DNA of 64,000 nucleotides from an uncultured Nitrospiraceae bacterium (GTDB taxonomy: Bacteria > Nitrospirota > Nitrospiria > Nitrospirales > Nitrospiraceae): assembly GCA_963730935.1 (NCBI GenBank), contig CAVSTP010000004.1, positions 1,088,001-1,152,000 of the forward strand. The letters run 5' to 3'. The translations under genes and the position numbers were made by a program. Of this stretch, positions 11,366 through 22,177 are shown in pieces. Position 1 is the stretch's first letter. Every line of letters begins with the position of its first letter. Below the pieces are notes generated by a model that was not told the origin of the DNA, searched no databases, and saw only the letters and a program-made list of their open reading frames with translations.

Positions 11366-12645
11366 GCCTGCACCGGAGCCTCAAAGACCACCCGTCCGCC
11401 TACAATCGTCCTCACCACAAGACCTTTCACTTTCCAACCGGCAAAGGGGGTGTTGCGGCTCTTCGAGCGGAATTTCCCGGGATCGACCTCCCAGTGAGCC
11501 TGTGGATCGATAATCGCCACGTCTGCGTCTGCTCCCACGGTCAGCGTTCCTTTGGCCAGTCCAAATGCCCTTGCCGGGGCAGCGCTCAACTTCTCGATCG
11601 CCGACTCCAGTGACAGAATCCCTTCCTCCACCAGCGCCAGCGTGAGAGACAGCGCTGTTTCCAATCCGACGATGCCAAAGGGCGCTTCGGTAAATCCTTG
11701 TTGCTTCTCCTGGGTAGCATGTGGCGCATGGTCCGTGGCAATGGCATCGATCGTACCGTCACGCAAGCCCTCCTTGATGGCTTGAACGTCCTGCCAGGTT
11801 CGGAGTGGCGGATTCATTTTCGCCAGCGTGTTGAAACCGCGGACCACCTCGTCCGTCAACGTAAAATGATGCGGACAGGCCTCTGCCGTCACCTTGATCC
11901 CGCGTGCCTTGGCTTCACGAACCATGCGCACGGAACCGACCGTACTGATGTGCGCCAAATGCAACCGGGCTCCCGTCAACTCGGCCAATGACACGTTGCG
12001 CGCGACCATCACATCTTCCGCCGCCGCCGGAATGCCTGGCAGGCCGAGTTCAGTGGAAATCAAACCCTCATTCATGCACCCGCCCTCCGCCAGATGGAGG
12101 TCTTCGCAATGATCGACAACTGGGATGTCGAACGCGAGAGCGTACTCCATCGCTCTGCGCATGACGAGGCTGTTCATCACGGGTTTCCCGTCGTCGGAAA
12201 TCGCGACACAGCCAGCTCGGCGCAGATCGCCAATTTCGGCCAACTCTTTTCCTTCGGAGCCTTTGGTAATTGCGCCGATCGGCAACACGTTCGCCAGACC
12301 AGCGACGCGCGCCCGCTCCAGCATGAACTCGGTGATCGCCTGATTGTCGTTCACGGGATTCGTATTGGGCATGCAGCAGACCGTCGTGAACCCACCCGCG
12401 ACCGCCGACGCGGCGCCGCTCTGGATCGTCTCCTTGTACTCGAAGCCCGGTTCACGGAAATGCACGTGAAGGTCCACGAATCCAGGAACCACCAGTCGAC
12501 CCGTGGCCGGGTAAATCGTGGCGCCGGCAGGGGCCTTGACTCCCTCACCGATCGCAATAATTTTCCCCTGATCGATCACCAGATCGCCGACGGCATTGAA
12601 CCGTCCCGGGTCGAGAATGTGCCCGCCTTGAATCACGATTGGCAT
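11362..12645 (-). CDS. pyrC: Dihydroorotase
   Basis: PGFVDLHVHFREPG, KMNPPLR, IATDHAPH, SKSRNTPF. Confidence 0.97.
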   Translation of the reverse strand: MPIVIQGGHILDPGRFNAVGDLVIDQGKIIAIGEGVKAPAGATIYPATGRLVVPGFVDLHVHFREPGFEYKETIQSGAASAVAGGFTTVCCMPNTNPVNDNQAITEFMLERARVAGLANVLPIGAITKGSEGKELAEIGDLRRAGCVAISDDGKPVMNSLVMRRAMEYALAFDIPVVDHCEDLHLAEGGCMNEGLISTELGLPGIPAAAEDVMVARNVSLAELTGARLHLAHISTVGSVRMVREAKARGIKVTAEACPHHFTLTDEVVRGFNTLAKMNPPLRTWQDVQAIKEGLRDGTIDAIATDHAPHATQEKQQGFTEAPFGIVGLETALSLTLALVEEGILSLESAIEKLSAAPARAFGLAKGTLTVGADADVAIIDPQAHWEVDPGKFRSKSRNTPFAGWKVKGLVVRTIVGGRVVFEAPVQA

Positions 12646-12676
12646 GCGTTACCGTCCTCCGGACTCGAACATCTCT

Positions 12677-13597
12677 CTAGTTTGCACCGGACATCAGATA
12701 CAGGATTCCCATTCGCACGGCGACCCCGTTCGCCACCTGGTCCAAAATTACGGAGGAGAGGCTATCCGCAACTTCTGGGGCAATCTCCACGCCTCGGTTG
12801 ATGGGTCCCGGATGCATCACGATCGCGCCGGCTTCGGCTAGTTTGACACGATCCCCCGTCAGCCCATACAGACGCGCATATTCCCGTATGGTCGGGAAGA
12901 GGGCGCGCCCCTGCCGTTCCAACTGCAACCGCAGCATCATAATGACCTGAACGCCGCGCAAGGCTTCATCGAGGTTATAGAAGACCGTCGCGCCCAATTT
13001 CTCGATGCCCTTCGGAATCATCGTAGGGGGGCCCACAACGCGGACCTCGGCGCCTAGTTTCGAAAGCGCATGAATATTGGAACGGGCGACGCGGCTGTGC
13101 GCCACGTCGCCGACGATGGCGACGCGAAGCCCTTTAAACGGCAACCCTCGTTCCCGGATCGTGTACAGGTCGAGCAACGCCTGGGTGGGATGCTCATGCC
13201 ATCCGTCGCCGGCGTTGATCACCGAGCTTTTCACCCCGCGCGCCAGCGTCTCAGCTGCGCCGGCCGACGGATGCCTGAGAACAATGATATCGGCCTGCAT
13301 CGCCTCGATATTACGCGCCGTATCGAGCAGCGTTTCGCCTTTGACGACACTGCTCGAGGAAGGCGAGAAATTGATCACGTCGGCGCTCAACCGCTTGGCC
13401 GCCAGTTCAAACGACGTTCGAGTTCTGGTGCTCGGCTCGAAGAAGAGGTTCACGACGGTGCGACCTCGCAACGCGGGCACCTTCTTGATCTCACGGCCGG
13501 TGACTTCCTTGAACGAATCGGCCGTTTGAAGAATCAACGTGATCTCCTCCGCCGACAACGGGGCCAAGCTTAGAAGATCTTTTCGTTTCAGACTCAT
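12677..13597 (-). CDS. pyrB: Aspartate carbamoyltransferase catalytic subunit
   Basis: [32 protein letters not shown]. Confidence 0.98.
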   Translation of the reverse strand: MSLKRKDLLSLAPLSAEEITLILQTADSFKEVTGREIKKVPALRGRTVVNLFFEPSTRTRTSFELAAKRLSADVINFSPSSSSVVKGETLLDTARNIEAMQADIIVLRHPSAGAAETLARGVKSSVINAGDGWHEHPTQALLDLYTIRERGLPFKGLRVAIVGDVAHSRVARSNIHALSKLGAEVRVVGPPTMIPKGIEKLGATVFYNLDEALRGVQVIMMLRLQLERQGRALFPTIREYARLYGLTGDRVKLAEAGAIVMHPGPINRGVEIAPEVADSLSSVILDQVANGVAVRMGILYLMSGAN

Positions 13598-13610
13598 CGC
13601 GCCATCTCCT

Positions 13611-14220
<610 letters not shown>

Positions 14221-14257
14221 TAGTAGGTTGTCGCTAAGCGACGAGCCACGTTATGCT

Positions 14258-14290
14258 CCTTGCCCACCTCTCAGGATGAGCGTTAAAGGT
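14258..14290 (-). promoter_or_regulatory. PyrR-binding RNA stem-loop (anti-antiterminator)
   Basis: Minus strand CCTTTAA-cgctca-TCCTGAGAGG-tgggc-AAGG matches the CUUUAA and UCCNGNGAGG elements of PyrR binding loops. Confidence 0.85.
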
Positions 14291-14296
14291 TGGACT

Positions 14297-14326
14297 ATCT
14301 TACTGAAGCCGGCTCAAAGCTGTCAA
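14297..14326 (-). promoter_or_regulatory. sigma70 promoter of the pyr operon
   Basis: TTGACA (14326-14321), 18 bp spacer, TAAGAT (14302-14297), directly upstream of the PyrR site. Confidence 0.7.
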
Positions 14327-14363
14327 GCGATCGGGCACAAGATGGACCGAAATCCCCCCTGGT

Positions 14364-16154
14364 TCAAACACCTTGGACGAAATACAACGTGAGTTCATCT
14401 TGGAGGCGGGCCTTCGGCAATATGGCCCGGTGCATCCGGAACGTCGGCAATTGCTCGACACGTTCCTCCCACACCAGCTGAAAGCCGACCCCCTTCCAGT
14501 GCTCGCGGAGCGTTGCCGAACCGGTCGCGAACGCGCTGCCCCCTAGTCGGAGCGCGCGCCGCAACCCCGTGATGGCGGCAACCTGATGGTCTTGCGGGCC
14601 AAGCGGCACCCATTGATAGGCTACATCAAAGGTCTGTGGGGAAACCTCGGATATTCGGGTGCCATCGATCGGCAGGAACCGAATCCGCTTCAGCCAATCC
14701 CAACGTCGTAGTTGTGCAGAGGTCGTCCAGAGCTGCTGCGCCTGCTTTTGCGCAAACGACGGTTCTCGAACGGCGATGGTATAGTCACGAGGTCGATCAA
14801 ACGCGATGCAGGTTGAGATGACGGCATCCCCATTGTAGATCAACACCTGGTTTGCCTGCGCCACGAGACGACCAATCATGCGATCGTGCTCGGCCAAATC
14901 TTCCAAATAATCGGCCACGAATGGTTGAGCGGCCAATTCGCCGATCGGTGTCTCGTCCTCCGGATAGAGCAAGACCGCTCCATACGCTTGGTCGGATGTG
15001 ATGGGCGGCATCCCTTCGGCAAATACCGATCGCCAGTCAACGGGACTGACCGGCAGAGACGCCAAGGGCGTGGGATCGTCGTTGACCGCCGGCGGCAAGG
15101 ATGTCGTGAGCATCGTTTCCGTCTCGCGATCTTTGAGGAGAATTCGCCCGTTAACGGCTTGAGCGGCTCGGTCGCATGGAACGAACTCTCGGCCCTTTGG
15201 ATTCATGAAAGACAACCCCGCAGCGTCTTCGGCAACCGTTACCTTTTGGAGTTCATGACCTTGAATCGTCAGCGAGATGCCTTTGGAACGGTCGAAATAA
15301 CGAGTGGGCGGAGTCGGTGATGGAAGCCACTGCACCTGACAGGCCTTGGCGGGATCCATGAACAAAGACAGAGCGTCCTTCCCCGGCGGTGCCTGGGGGA
15401 CAAAAAAACTCTTGAAGAGGCGAAAAGCGGCCTCGGAGGGATAGGCAGGAATGCCCCGGTACCGCAGCGGCAATGGATCGCGCCGGCCCTCATTCTGGTC
15501 GTCATACAGCCCGCGGATCAATTCAAATGCGGCAGACCCCGTCCCCGGGAGCAAGGATTTGAAGAGTTCGACCACCGGCAGGAAATCCACGGAGGCCCAG
15601 TGCATCGCCCCCATGCATGACATGAAACGGGCTCGGTCGAAATTTCCGTCCTCGAGCACATACCAAGCATCTTTGCGATGACGGATCGTGGCCATTCCCG
15701 TCCGGCTGATGGACAAATCCTCATCGCGATAGAACCAGCGGACTTCATCCAGCGGCACTCGCAAGGCCTGAGCGGCCATCGCCCGAAGATCGTCGGCCGT
15801 GAGCCGTTGCCAACCGGGCTTCGTCGCAAGCTTCAGAGTCGTTTCGTTAACGAGTCCGGAGGGCTTGAGACCAACCCACGCCCCCCAATCCAACTTGATC
15901 CTGGCACGGACGAGTACCGTCTCCCCCTTGTGATCTACACCCCATTCACACTCGTGCAGCGCATTCCCAGAAGGATCCGTTGCCAGAATGCGTCGCCCGT
16001 CAGGCCGATAAAACGCCAGATGCCCCGTGGCATGGCGGACCATTCGCCCGTCTCCGGCTTCCAGGCGTGTTTTGAAGAGGAGATTTTCAGGAAACGTCAA
16101 GTGTCCGGGCGTCGAGAGCGCCGTGACGACAGGATCGGCTGGCATTACGGACAT
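14364..16154 (-). CDS. Hypothetical protein, 596 aa
   Basis: Long co-oriented ORF filling the proA-pyrR gap; no family recognised. Confidence 0.8.
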   Translation of the reverse strand: MSVMPADPVVTALSTPGHLTFPENLLFKTRLEAGDGRMVRHATGHLAFYRPDGRRILATDPSGNALHECEWGVDHKGETVLVRARIKLDWGAWVGLKPSGLVNETTLKLATKPGWQRLTADDLRAMAAQALRVPLDEVRWFYRDEDLSISRTGMATIRHRKDAWYVLEDGNFDRARFMSCMGAMHWASVDFLPVVELFKSLLPGTGSAAFELIRGLYDDQNEGRRDPLPLRYRGIPAYPSEAAFRLFKSFFVPQAPPGKDALSLFMDPAKACQVQWLPSPTPPTRYFDRSKGISLTIQGHELQKVTVAEDAAGLSFMNPKGREFVPCDRAAQAVNGRILLKDRETETMLTTSLPPAVNDDPTPLASLPVSPVDWRSVFAEGMPPITSDQAYGAVLLYPEDETPIGELAAQPFVADYLEDLAEHDRMIGRLVAQANQVLIYNGDAVISTCIAFDRPRDYTIAVREPSFAQKQAQQLWTTSAQLRRWDWLKRIRFLPIDGTRISEVSPQTFDVAYQWVPLGPQDHQVAAITGLRRALRLGGSAFATGSATLREHWKGVGFQLVWEERVEQLPTFRMHRAILPKARLQDELTLYFVQGV

Positions 16155-16256
16155 GGTACTACGAAGGCAGAGTCTTGACGGACGGCGTCTATCAACCGAG
16201 GACCTGCGGCGGACGACGGTGGTCGAAGTGAACCGGCCGGCAGTTTCGGCATCTCG

Positions 16257-17588
16257 CTATTCGCGGAGTTGACCGCTTCCCAATACGATGAATTTCGAGC
16301 AGGTGAGTTCTTCCAATCCCATCGGCCCGCGCGCATGAATGCGGGAGGTGCTGATGCCGATTTCGGCGCCCAACCCGAACTGGTAACCGTCATTGAGTCT
16401 GGTCGAGGCATTGACCAGAACGGCGCTCGCATCCACCTCGCGAAGGAAGCGCATCGCTTTCTTGTAATCCGCCGTCACGATCGCTTCCGTGTGTCGGGAA
16501 CCGTAGCGACCGATGTGCTCCATCGCTTCGTCGATGTTCTTCACGACCTTGACCGCGAGCACCAAATCCAGAAACTCTTTGCCATAGTCGCCTTCGCTGG
16601 CAGGCTTCGCGGTGGACGATAAGGCGCAGGTTTTCTGACATCCGCGCACTTCGACCTTGGCCGCGACCAACTTGTCGATGAGTCCGGCCAGCCAGGTTCT
16701 TGCGATACTTTGATGCACCAACAGCGTCTCCATGGCATTACAGGTGGACGGCCGCTGGATCTTCGCGTTCAAACAGATCTGCTCCGCCATGGCCGGGTTC
16801 GCGTCGTCATCCACATAGACATGGCAAACGCCGGCATCGTGCTTGATCACCGGAATCGTTGCATGCTCTGAAACCAGACGCATCAACGACTCACCGCCGC
16901 GCGGGATAATAAGATCGATCCACCTGTCCTGTTTAAGGAGCACCGGCACCAGTTCGCGGTCAGGCCTGTCTACAAACGTGACCACACCGGCCGGTATCCC
17001 GCATTTCTCCGCCGCCTCGGAGAGCACTTGGGCGATGGCCCGGTTGGAGCGAATGGCTTCGCTGCCGCCCCGCAGGACACAAGCGTTGCCGGACTTGAGG
17101 CACAAGGCCGCCGAGTCCGCCGTCACGTTAGGACGGGACTCATAGATGATGCCAATGACTCCGATGGGCACGCGCACCCGTCCCACCTGCATCCCGTTTG
17201 GACGTGTCCACATCTTCGGCATCTCACCGAGCGGATCGGGCAGCTTGGCCACCTCTCGAATGCCGTCGGCCATTTCGGCGATCCGGGCTTCAGTAAGCCG
17301 CAGCCGATCGGCCATGGCCTTTTTCTCTGGAGCAGCGCCAAATGCCTCAATATCCTCTGTGTTGGCGGCAAGCAACGTGTCCGTCTGGCTTTCCAACGCA
17401 TCGGCCATGGCGAAAAGGGCTTGATTCTTGAGCGAGGTGGACAGCGTCGCCAAGCGATTGGCCGCTTGTCTCGCACGCGTCACCAGCGCTTCAACATATT
17501 CGGGAATCGGCTGTGATGGCGCTTCCGTCGTGTCTTCGGATGAAGCGCCCTCCGGCGAAAAACCGGCACGGTTGCTCTGCTCGGACAT
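16257..17588 (-). CDS. proA: Gamma-glutamyl phosphate reductase
   Basis: VPIGVIGIIYESRPNVT, RPSTCNAMETLL, NASTRLNDG, GAEIGIST, HARGPMGL. Confidence 0.98.
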   Translation of the reverse strand: MSEQSNRAGFSPEGASSEDTTEAPSQPIPEYVEALVTRARQAANRLATLSTSLKNQALFAMADALESQTDTLLAANTEDIEAFGAAPEKKAMADRLRLTEARIAEMADGIREVAKLPDPLGEMPKMWTRPNGMQVGRVRVPIGVIGIIYESRPNVTADSAALCLKSGNACVLRGGSEAIRSNRAIAQVLSEAAEKCGIPAGVVTFVDRPDRELVPVLLKQDRWIDLIIPRGGESLMRLVSEHATIPVIKHDAGVCHVYVDDDANPAMAEQICLNAKIQRPSTCNAMETLLVHQSIARTWLAGLIDKLVAAKVEVRGCQKTCALSSTAKPASEGDYGKEFLDLVLAVKVVKNIDEAMEHIGRYGSRHTEAIVTADYKKAMRFLREVDASAVLVNASTRLNDGYQFGLGAEIGISTSRIHARGPMGLEELTCSKFIVLGSGQLRE

Positions 17589-17671
17589 CCTATACTCCTC
17601 TGCGGAGGCGTTGGGGTGTTACAGGATACAGCGGTGTTTTCCGGAGGGTCAAGGCGTGAGGTCGCCCCTTA

Positions 17672-18691
17672 CTAGACCGATTCATGTGCGAGCACTGTCC
17701 TAAAATACGAAATTGTCCGCGCCAGCGCATCTTCGAGCGCGACTTGCGGCTCCCATTTCAGCAGCGCCTTCGCCCGGCTGATATCGGGCCGGCGCACCTT
17801 AGGATCGTCGAGTGGGAGCGGATGAAAGCTGATGTCACTGGATGAAGCGGTCAGCTTCAGGACCAATCGGGCAATCTCAAGGACCGTCAACTCTCTGGGG
17901 TTCCCGATGTTGACGGGATCGTGAACATTCGGTTCGTTGAGATTTTCGTCCCGGGCAAACAAGTATTTTTTGTCCTTCCGTTCCTCGACCGTCTTGTCGG
18001 ACTCGATGAGCAGCAAACCGACGATGCCTCGAACGAGGTCGTCGACGTAACAGAAACTCCGGGTCTGTTGGCCTTCGCCGAACACGCTCAACGGTTTCCC
18101 TTTCAGCGCCTGGACGATGAAGTTTGACACCACCCGTCCATCATTTGCCCGCATCCGCGGACCGAACGTATTGAAGATGCGCACGATCCTCGTATCGAGT
18201 CCGTGATAGCGGTGATAGGCCATGGTCATGGCCTCGGCAAACCGTTTCGCCTCGTCATAGACGCCGCGCGGGCTGATGGGATTGACGTTGCCCCAATAGG
18301 CTTCCGGTTGTGGGTTGACCAACGGATCGCCGTAGACTTCCGACGTGCTGGCCAGGAGAAGCCGAGCGCCCTTGGCACGGGCTAATCCCAGGACCTTGTG
18401 CGTGCCGAGCGCGCCGACCTTGAGTGTGGCGATGGGTAACTCGAGATAGTCCTGCGGGCTCGCCGGCGAAGCAAAATGCATGACCGCGTCCAGCGGGCCG
18501 TCGACATGGAGGTAATCGCAGACATTGTATTTGAGGAAGGTGAACCGTTCATTGCCCAATAGATGTGAAATGTTTTCCATCCGGCCCGTCAGAAGATTGT
18601 CCATGCAGATGACGGTATGTCCGGCTTGGATGAGTGACTCGCAGAGATGGCTTCCTAGAAATCCGGCTCCGCCGGTAATCACGATGCGCAT
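17672..18691 (-). CDS. UDP-glucuronate decarboxylase (UDP-xylose synthase) family SDR
   Basis: [45 protein letters not shown]. Confidence 0.92.
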   Translation of the reverse strand: MRIVITGGAGFLGSHLCESLIQAGHTVICMDNLLTGRMENISHLLGNERFTFLKYNVCDYLHVDGPLDAVMHFASPASPQDYLELPIATLKVGALGTHKVLGLARAKGARLLLASTSEVYGDPLVNPQPEAYWGNVNPISPRGVYDEAKRFAEAMTMAYHRYHGLDTRIVRIFNTFGPRMRANDGRVVSNFIVQALKGKPLSVFGEGQQTRSFCYVDDLVRGIVGLLLIESDKTVEERKDKKYLFARDENLNEPNVHDPVNIGNPRELTVLEIARLVLKLTASSSDISFHPLPLDDPKVRRPDISRAKALLKWEPQVALEDALARTISYFRTVLAHESV

Positions 18692-18792
18692 AGGATCGAC
18701 TTACCTCACTACTGATCCGCACCAGACTCTACCAGGTCTGCCCACGAAATCCCAATCTGTTCTTCTTGGTCGCGCGCTGAGGCTTCGGCGCC

Positions 18793-19380
18793 TTAGGCGG
18801 GCGGTATGACTGGCGGCGGCATTTGAGGAGGAAGATCTGGGGCCGGCATTGGAGGAGGAAGAATCGGAGCCGTCACCGGAGAAGTTGGGGCTGGGCCGGA
18901 TGGGAGCAAGCCTGCAGTGGATGGATTGGGATGCTGAAAGACCCACTGATAATAGGAGGCGCGGCCCTCGAGATGTCTGACGGCTTGAGGAAAGTCGTGC
19001 TTCTTGAAGGGCGTTCCGCGGCTCTTGCTTCGAACACCCATAATCCCGCCGGTCGGGCTCCGGACGTATTCCCAGTCGCCATGGGACATCGGATCGGCGT
19101 ACGCCTTCCGCAAAAAGGGCTTGGGCAAGCGTGTCAACTCAGCTAGCGATTGAGGATAGACTTCCGCAGGCGTCACTCGGCCCGCCTTCATGGTGGCGGA
19201 GTAGAGGGCCAACGCATTTTGAATTTCGATCCCTTTGGATAAGAGATCGGCTTCGAGCTCCCGCTGGACCATGGTTTTCCATTGCTTTGCCGCGGCCGTT
19301 GTCGAGAGGCCGATCACTACAATGGCGAACATCAGGAAGAGATAGGTAACGCCTCGTTCATTGTGAAACCAGTAGACCAT
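18793..19380 (-). CDS. Minor pseudopilin / type II secretion protein with Pro-rich tail
   Basis: Prepilin-like ERG|VTYLFLMFAIVVIG, YPQSLAEL, FLRKAYADPM; start moved to ATG 19380. Confidence 0.75.
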   Translation of the reverse strand: MVYWFHNERGVTYLFLMFAIVVIGLSTTAAAKQWKTMVQRELEADLLSKGIEIQNALALYSATMKAGRVTPAEVYPQSLAELTRLPKPFLRKAYADPMSHGDWEYVRSPTGGIMGVRSKSRGTPFKKHDFPQAVRHLEGRASYYQWVFQHPNPSTAGLLPSGPAPTSPVTAPILPPPMPAPDLPPQMPPPVIPPA

Positions 19381-19390
19381 GGGTGTGGAA

Positions 19391-19957
19391 TCAGGGCGCT
19401 GGCGTCTCCGGCTCCTCGGATAAGAGCACCGTATATTCAAGCTGCGAATCCCGATCGAATAAGGTGACACTCTCCTGTGTGATCGTTTTCACCACGACAT
19501 GTCTCTCGATGGTCTCCCCTGCTTTCACCACGTGCAAATCGTCATTCTTCGTCAACACGGCCATATCCTGCTTTTTCTGCCACTCATCTCCTGTCCGGAC
19601 AAACCCCAGATAGTGGAACTGCGCCAGATCGGTAGCGACCGTTTGTTGACGCAGTGCATCGTCTGGCAGGTCTACCGGTCTCGAAGCATTGACCGTGACG
19701 GCGAACGGCAGGGCGAAGATATTCCTCGGAGTGGCAAACACCATTTCGCGTTGTGTGCGGGCGGCCGCGAGGAGGTCCAGTTGAACATGGAGGTTGTCTA
19801 TGATGCCCGCATTAGCAGATGCCGCCACGGGTCCCGACACATTCGTCAAGGGCAGGCGAACCGGTCCGTCCCAGGCGACCCACTGCCATAGCAACAAACC
19901 TAGCCACACCGACACGAGTGCGACCAGAGCGAGAACTTTTTTCCGTCCGGCATTCAT
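19391..19957 (-). CDS. PilP/GspC-like inner-membrane platform protein
   Basis: N-terminal TM, RNIF motif, C-terminal YLGFV...VKAGETI beta domain; follows the PilO-like gene. Confidence 0.55.
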   Translation of the reverse strand: MNAGRKKVLALVALVSVWLGLLLWQWVAWDGPVRLPLTNVSGPVAASANAGIIDNLHVQLDLLAAARTQREMVFATPRNIFALPFAVTVNASRPVDLPDDALRQQTVATDLAQFHYLGFVRTGDEWQKKQDMAVLTKNDDLHVVKAGETIERHVVVKTITQESVTLFDRDSQLEYTVLLSEEPETPAP

Positions 19958-19988
19958 CGCCTATCAACCGTTCATAGTGATCAACCCA

Positions 19989-20546
19989 TTATTGCGAGAC
20001 AGATTTCTCTGCTTCAACGCGAAGGTACGTGACAATCTTAATGTTGAAGGTGAGGTGATCACGTTGGGTCGCCGACTTTACTAGATCCACGTCCTCAATG
20101 TAGACGAGTTCATCTGCTGTTTCGATGTCGTACAAAAAGTGTCGGAGATCTTCGTAGCGACCGCTCATCGTCCCCTGCAACAGGCCCTTGCTCGTATTGG
20201 CAACCGGCGTGGATTCGGTTTTATAGGAGAGCGCGGGCAGCGTGACATGATTTCGCTTGGCTTCCTCAGTGATCCCTAGGGCCAGGGGGGCAAAATCGCG
20301 TTCTTCGGGCAGCGCGGCCCACACTTGAGCTAGATCCTGCTTGGCCCGCACGGCGACCTGATGCTGCTGGTGCTGTTTGCGGATCTGCGCCCATTGGGCG
20401 GCGAGTTGTGCGCGGGTCTGTTCCGCCGATTCCAGCCCGAACGACGTGACCGTCGACAGCATGATCAACAACAGGCACACGAGCGCTGCCTGAGGAATGA
20501 GCTGGCCGTAAGGCTTCCGCAAGTGTTCAAGCAGAAGCTTTGTCAT
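19989..20546 (-). CDS. PilO/GspM-like protein
   Basis: TM, coiled coil, GRYEDLRHFLYDIE motif. Confidence 0.75.
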   Translation of the reverse strand: MTKLLLEHLRKPYGQLIPQAALVCLLLIMLSTVTSFGLESAEQTRAQLAAQWAQIRKQHQQHQVAVRAKQDLAQVWAALPEERDFAPLALGITEEAKRNHVTLPALSYKTESTPVANTSKGLLQGTMSGRYEDLRHFLYDIETADELVYIEDVDLVKSATQRDHLTFNIKIVTYLRVEAEKSVSQ

Positions 20547-21178
20547 GTGTCACGCTCCTGCGGCCGATACTTGAGCTTCAGATCGAATTCCACGAGGCCG
20601 TCGTCTCCGAGATGATGCTGGCCGAGAACCGGATCGTGAAACACAGGGTGCGACTGCAACTTGAGCGTGAGGGCGGTGACGTCTTCAACCGTTGCCGCAG
20701 CGCCGGTCATGTGGATCACGGCGCTGGCCGGATCCAGGCGCACACCTTTGATCGAGACGCGCGGAGGAATCGCCTCTTCCAGACCGGACAAGAAGTGCGT
20801 CCAAGAGAAATTGCGCTTGGCTAGCAGTTGGTTGGCCAGCGACACCTCCGCAGGTAACCGCCGCAAGGCCGCCTCGGAGAGATCGAGGCCTTCCGCCTGC
20901 GCTTCCTTGATGAGTTGTTGGTCCTGCGCACGGGCCTGATCGATCCGGGCCTGGATTTCCTGAAGATCCTGAAGCCCGATCCATGTCTGAGCCGCACTCC
21001 ATGATACCCATAGGCTGAGCGCGAGAGCCGCGAGCTGCAGCACAAATCTGGCTGGAGCCACATAGGCGCGATGGCGGCTTGCCAACTCGATGTGGAAATA
21101 CGTCGTTCCCCCGGTCTGCCACCGAAAACTGCCGATCCTGTCGGCAATGCGCGTCATGAAAGAAATCTTCTTTCGCAT
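20543..21178 (-). CDS. PilN-like protein
   Basis: IELAS, TM, coiled coil, FSWTHFLSGLEEAIPPRVSI; start moved to ATG 21178. Confidence 0.75.
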   Translation of the reverse strand: MRKKISFMTRIADRIGSFRWQTGGTTYFHIELASRHRAYVAPARFVLQLAALALSLWVSWSAAQTWIGLQDLQEIQARIDQARAQDQQLIKEAQAEGLDLSEAALRRLPAEVSLANQLLAKRNFSWTHFLSGLEEAIPPRVSIKGVRLDPASAVIHMTGAAATVEDVTALTLKLQSHPVFHDPVLGQHHLGDDGLVEFDLKLKYRPQERDT

Positions 21179-21180
21179 CT

Positions 21181-22176
21181 CTACATCAGCCCGGCCACGA
21201 CCGGTAACATCGCGAACGAGGTACTGCCTCCGTCGTGAGCCCAGCCCACAGCCTCGACATGCTCCCACTGTAATTGGTCGGTCGAGACGCCGAGTTCATG
21301 GCCCAATTGATCTTCCAATCCCGGGAGATCGCTCTCCGCCATGAGCACCAAACGGGTGAGATGCAGGTCGGGAACGTGCTCTTGGCAGGCCAGGATCGAG
21401 AGTTCAGTTTCACGGACGATCCTTGTCACGTGTTCCTGAGTTCCCATATCCTCACTGGTCAGTGGATCACCGGCAAGAAATTTGGTCCGGACGAAGACCG
21501 GGCGGGCGTCATGAATGATCAGGCACGTCAGGCCGCCGTCAGCGACGGTCACCAAGGCCAGGTCGCGACTCAGGCATCGGGTTCCCCCCGCGGCCTTGAG
21601 CCAGAGATCGAACAGGCGAAAACTGACCACGGTCACTTCTCGTGGAAGCAGTCCTGCCGCCTCGCAGGCGGTCTCATACTCAGCAAGGATTGATTCCTGT
21701 ACGGCAACCACCAGCACCATATGAACGCCCTTGGGATGCCGAGGAGGGAAGATCTGCCAATTAAGTTTGACACCCGTCAAAGGCAGACGCTGTTCCTGTC
21801 CCAATCGCCACCGAATGAGCGCCTCCTGTTCCTCTCGGCGACCAGGGACCTGCTCGAGTTGCAGAACGGTCGAACGGACCGCAAGGTCCGGCAAGACCAA
21901 TGTCACCGACCGTGGCAGGCCAGATAGCAACGTACGTCCAAGGAACCGCAGCCGTCCGGGAGGTCCGGCGAGCGAACGAATCCGTTCTTCCAACACCTCC
22001 CGATCGACCACATTGCCATCGATCGGCGAAAGCTTCATCACACCGGAAGGGATGGGCGACAAGGCACACCGATAGCGGTGCCGTCCCCGCCAGGTCTTTG
22101 AGCTCTCACTCCATGTCAACGCGTGGCCGCCGATCTTCAGGCATTGGGTCGGACGGCTGCCGCTCAATGGCCACAT
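21181..22176 (-). CDS. PilM/GspL-like cytoplasmic assembly protein
   Basis: LVLPDLAVR, EALIRWRL, YETACEAAGLLP; lies between the ATPase and PilN-like genes. Confidence 0.65.
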   Translation of the reverse strand: MWPLSGSRPTQCLKIGGHALTWSESSKTWRGRHRYRCALSPIPSGVMKLSPIDGNVVDREVLEERIRSLAGPPGRLRFLGRTLLSGLPRSVTLVLPDLAVRSTVLQLEQVPGRREEQEALIRWRLGQEQRLPLTGVKLNWQIFPPRHPKGVHMVLVVAVQESILAEYETACEAAGLLPREVTVVSFRLFDLWLKAAGGTRCLSRDLALVTVADGGLTCLIIHDARPVFVRTKFLAGDPLTSEDMGTQEHVTRIVRETELSILACQEHVPDLHLTRLVLMAESDLPGLEDQLGHELGVSTDQLQWEHVEAVGWAHDGGSTSFAMLPVVAGLM

Positions 22177-22177
22177 G

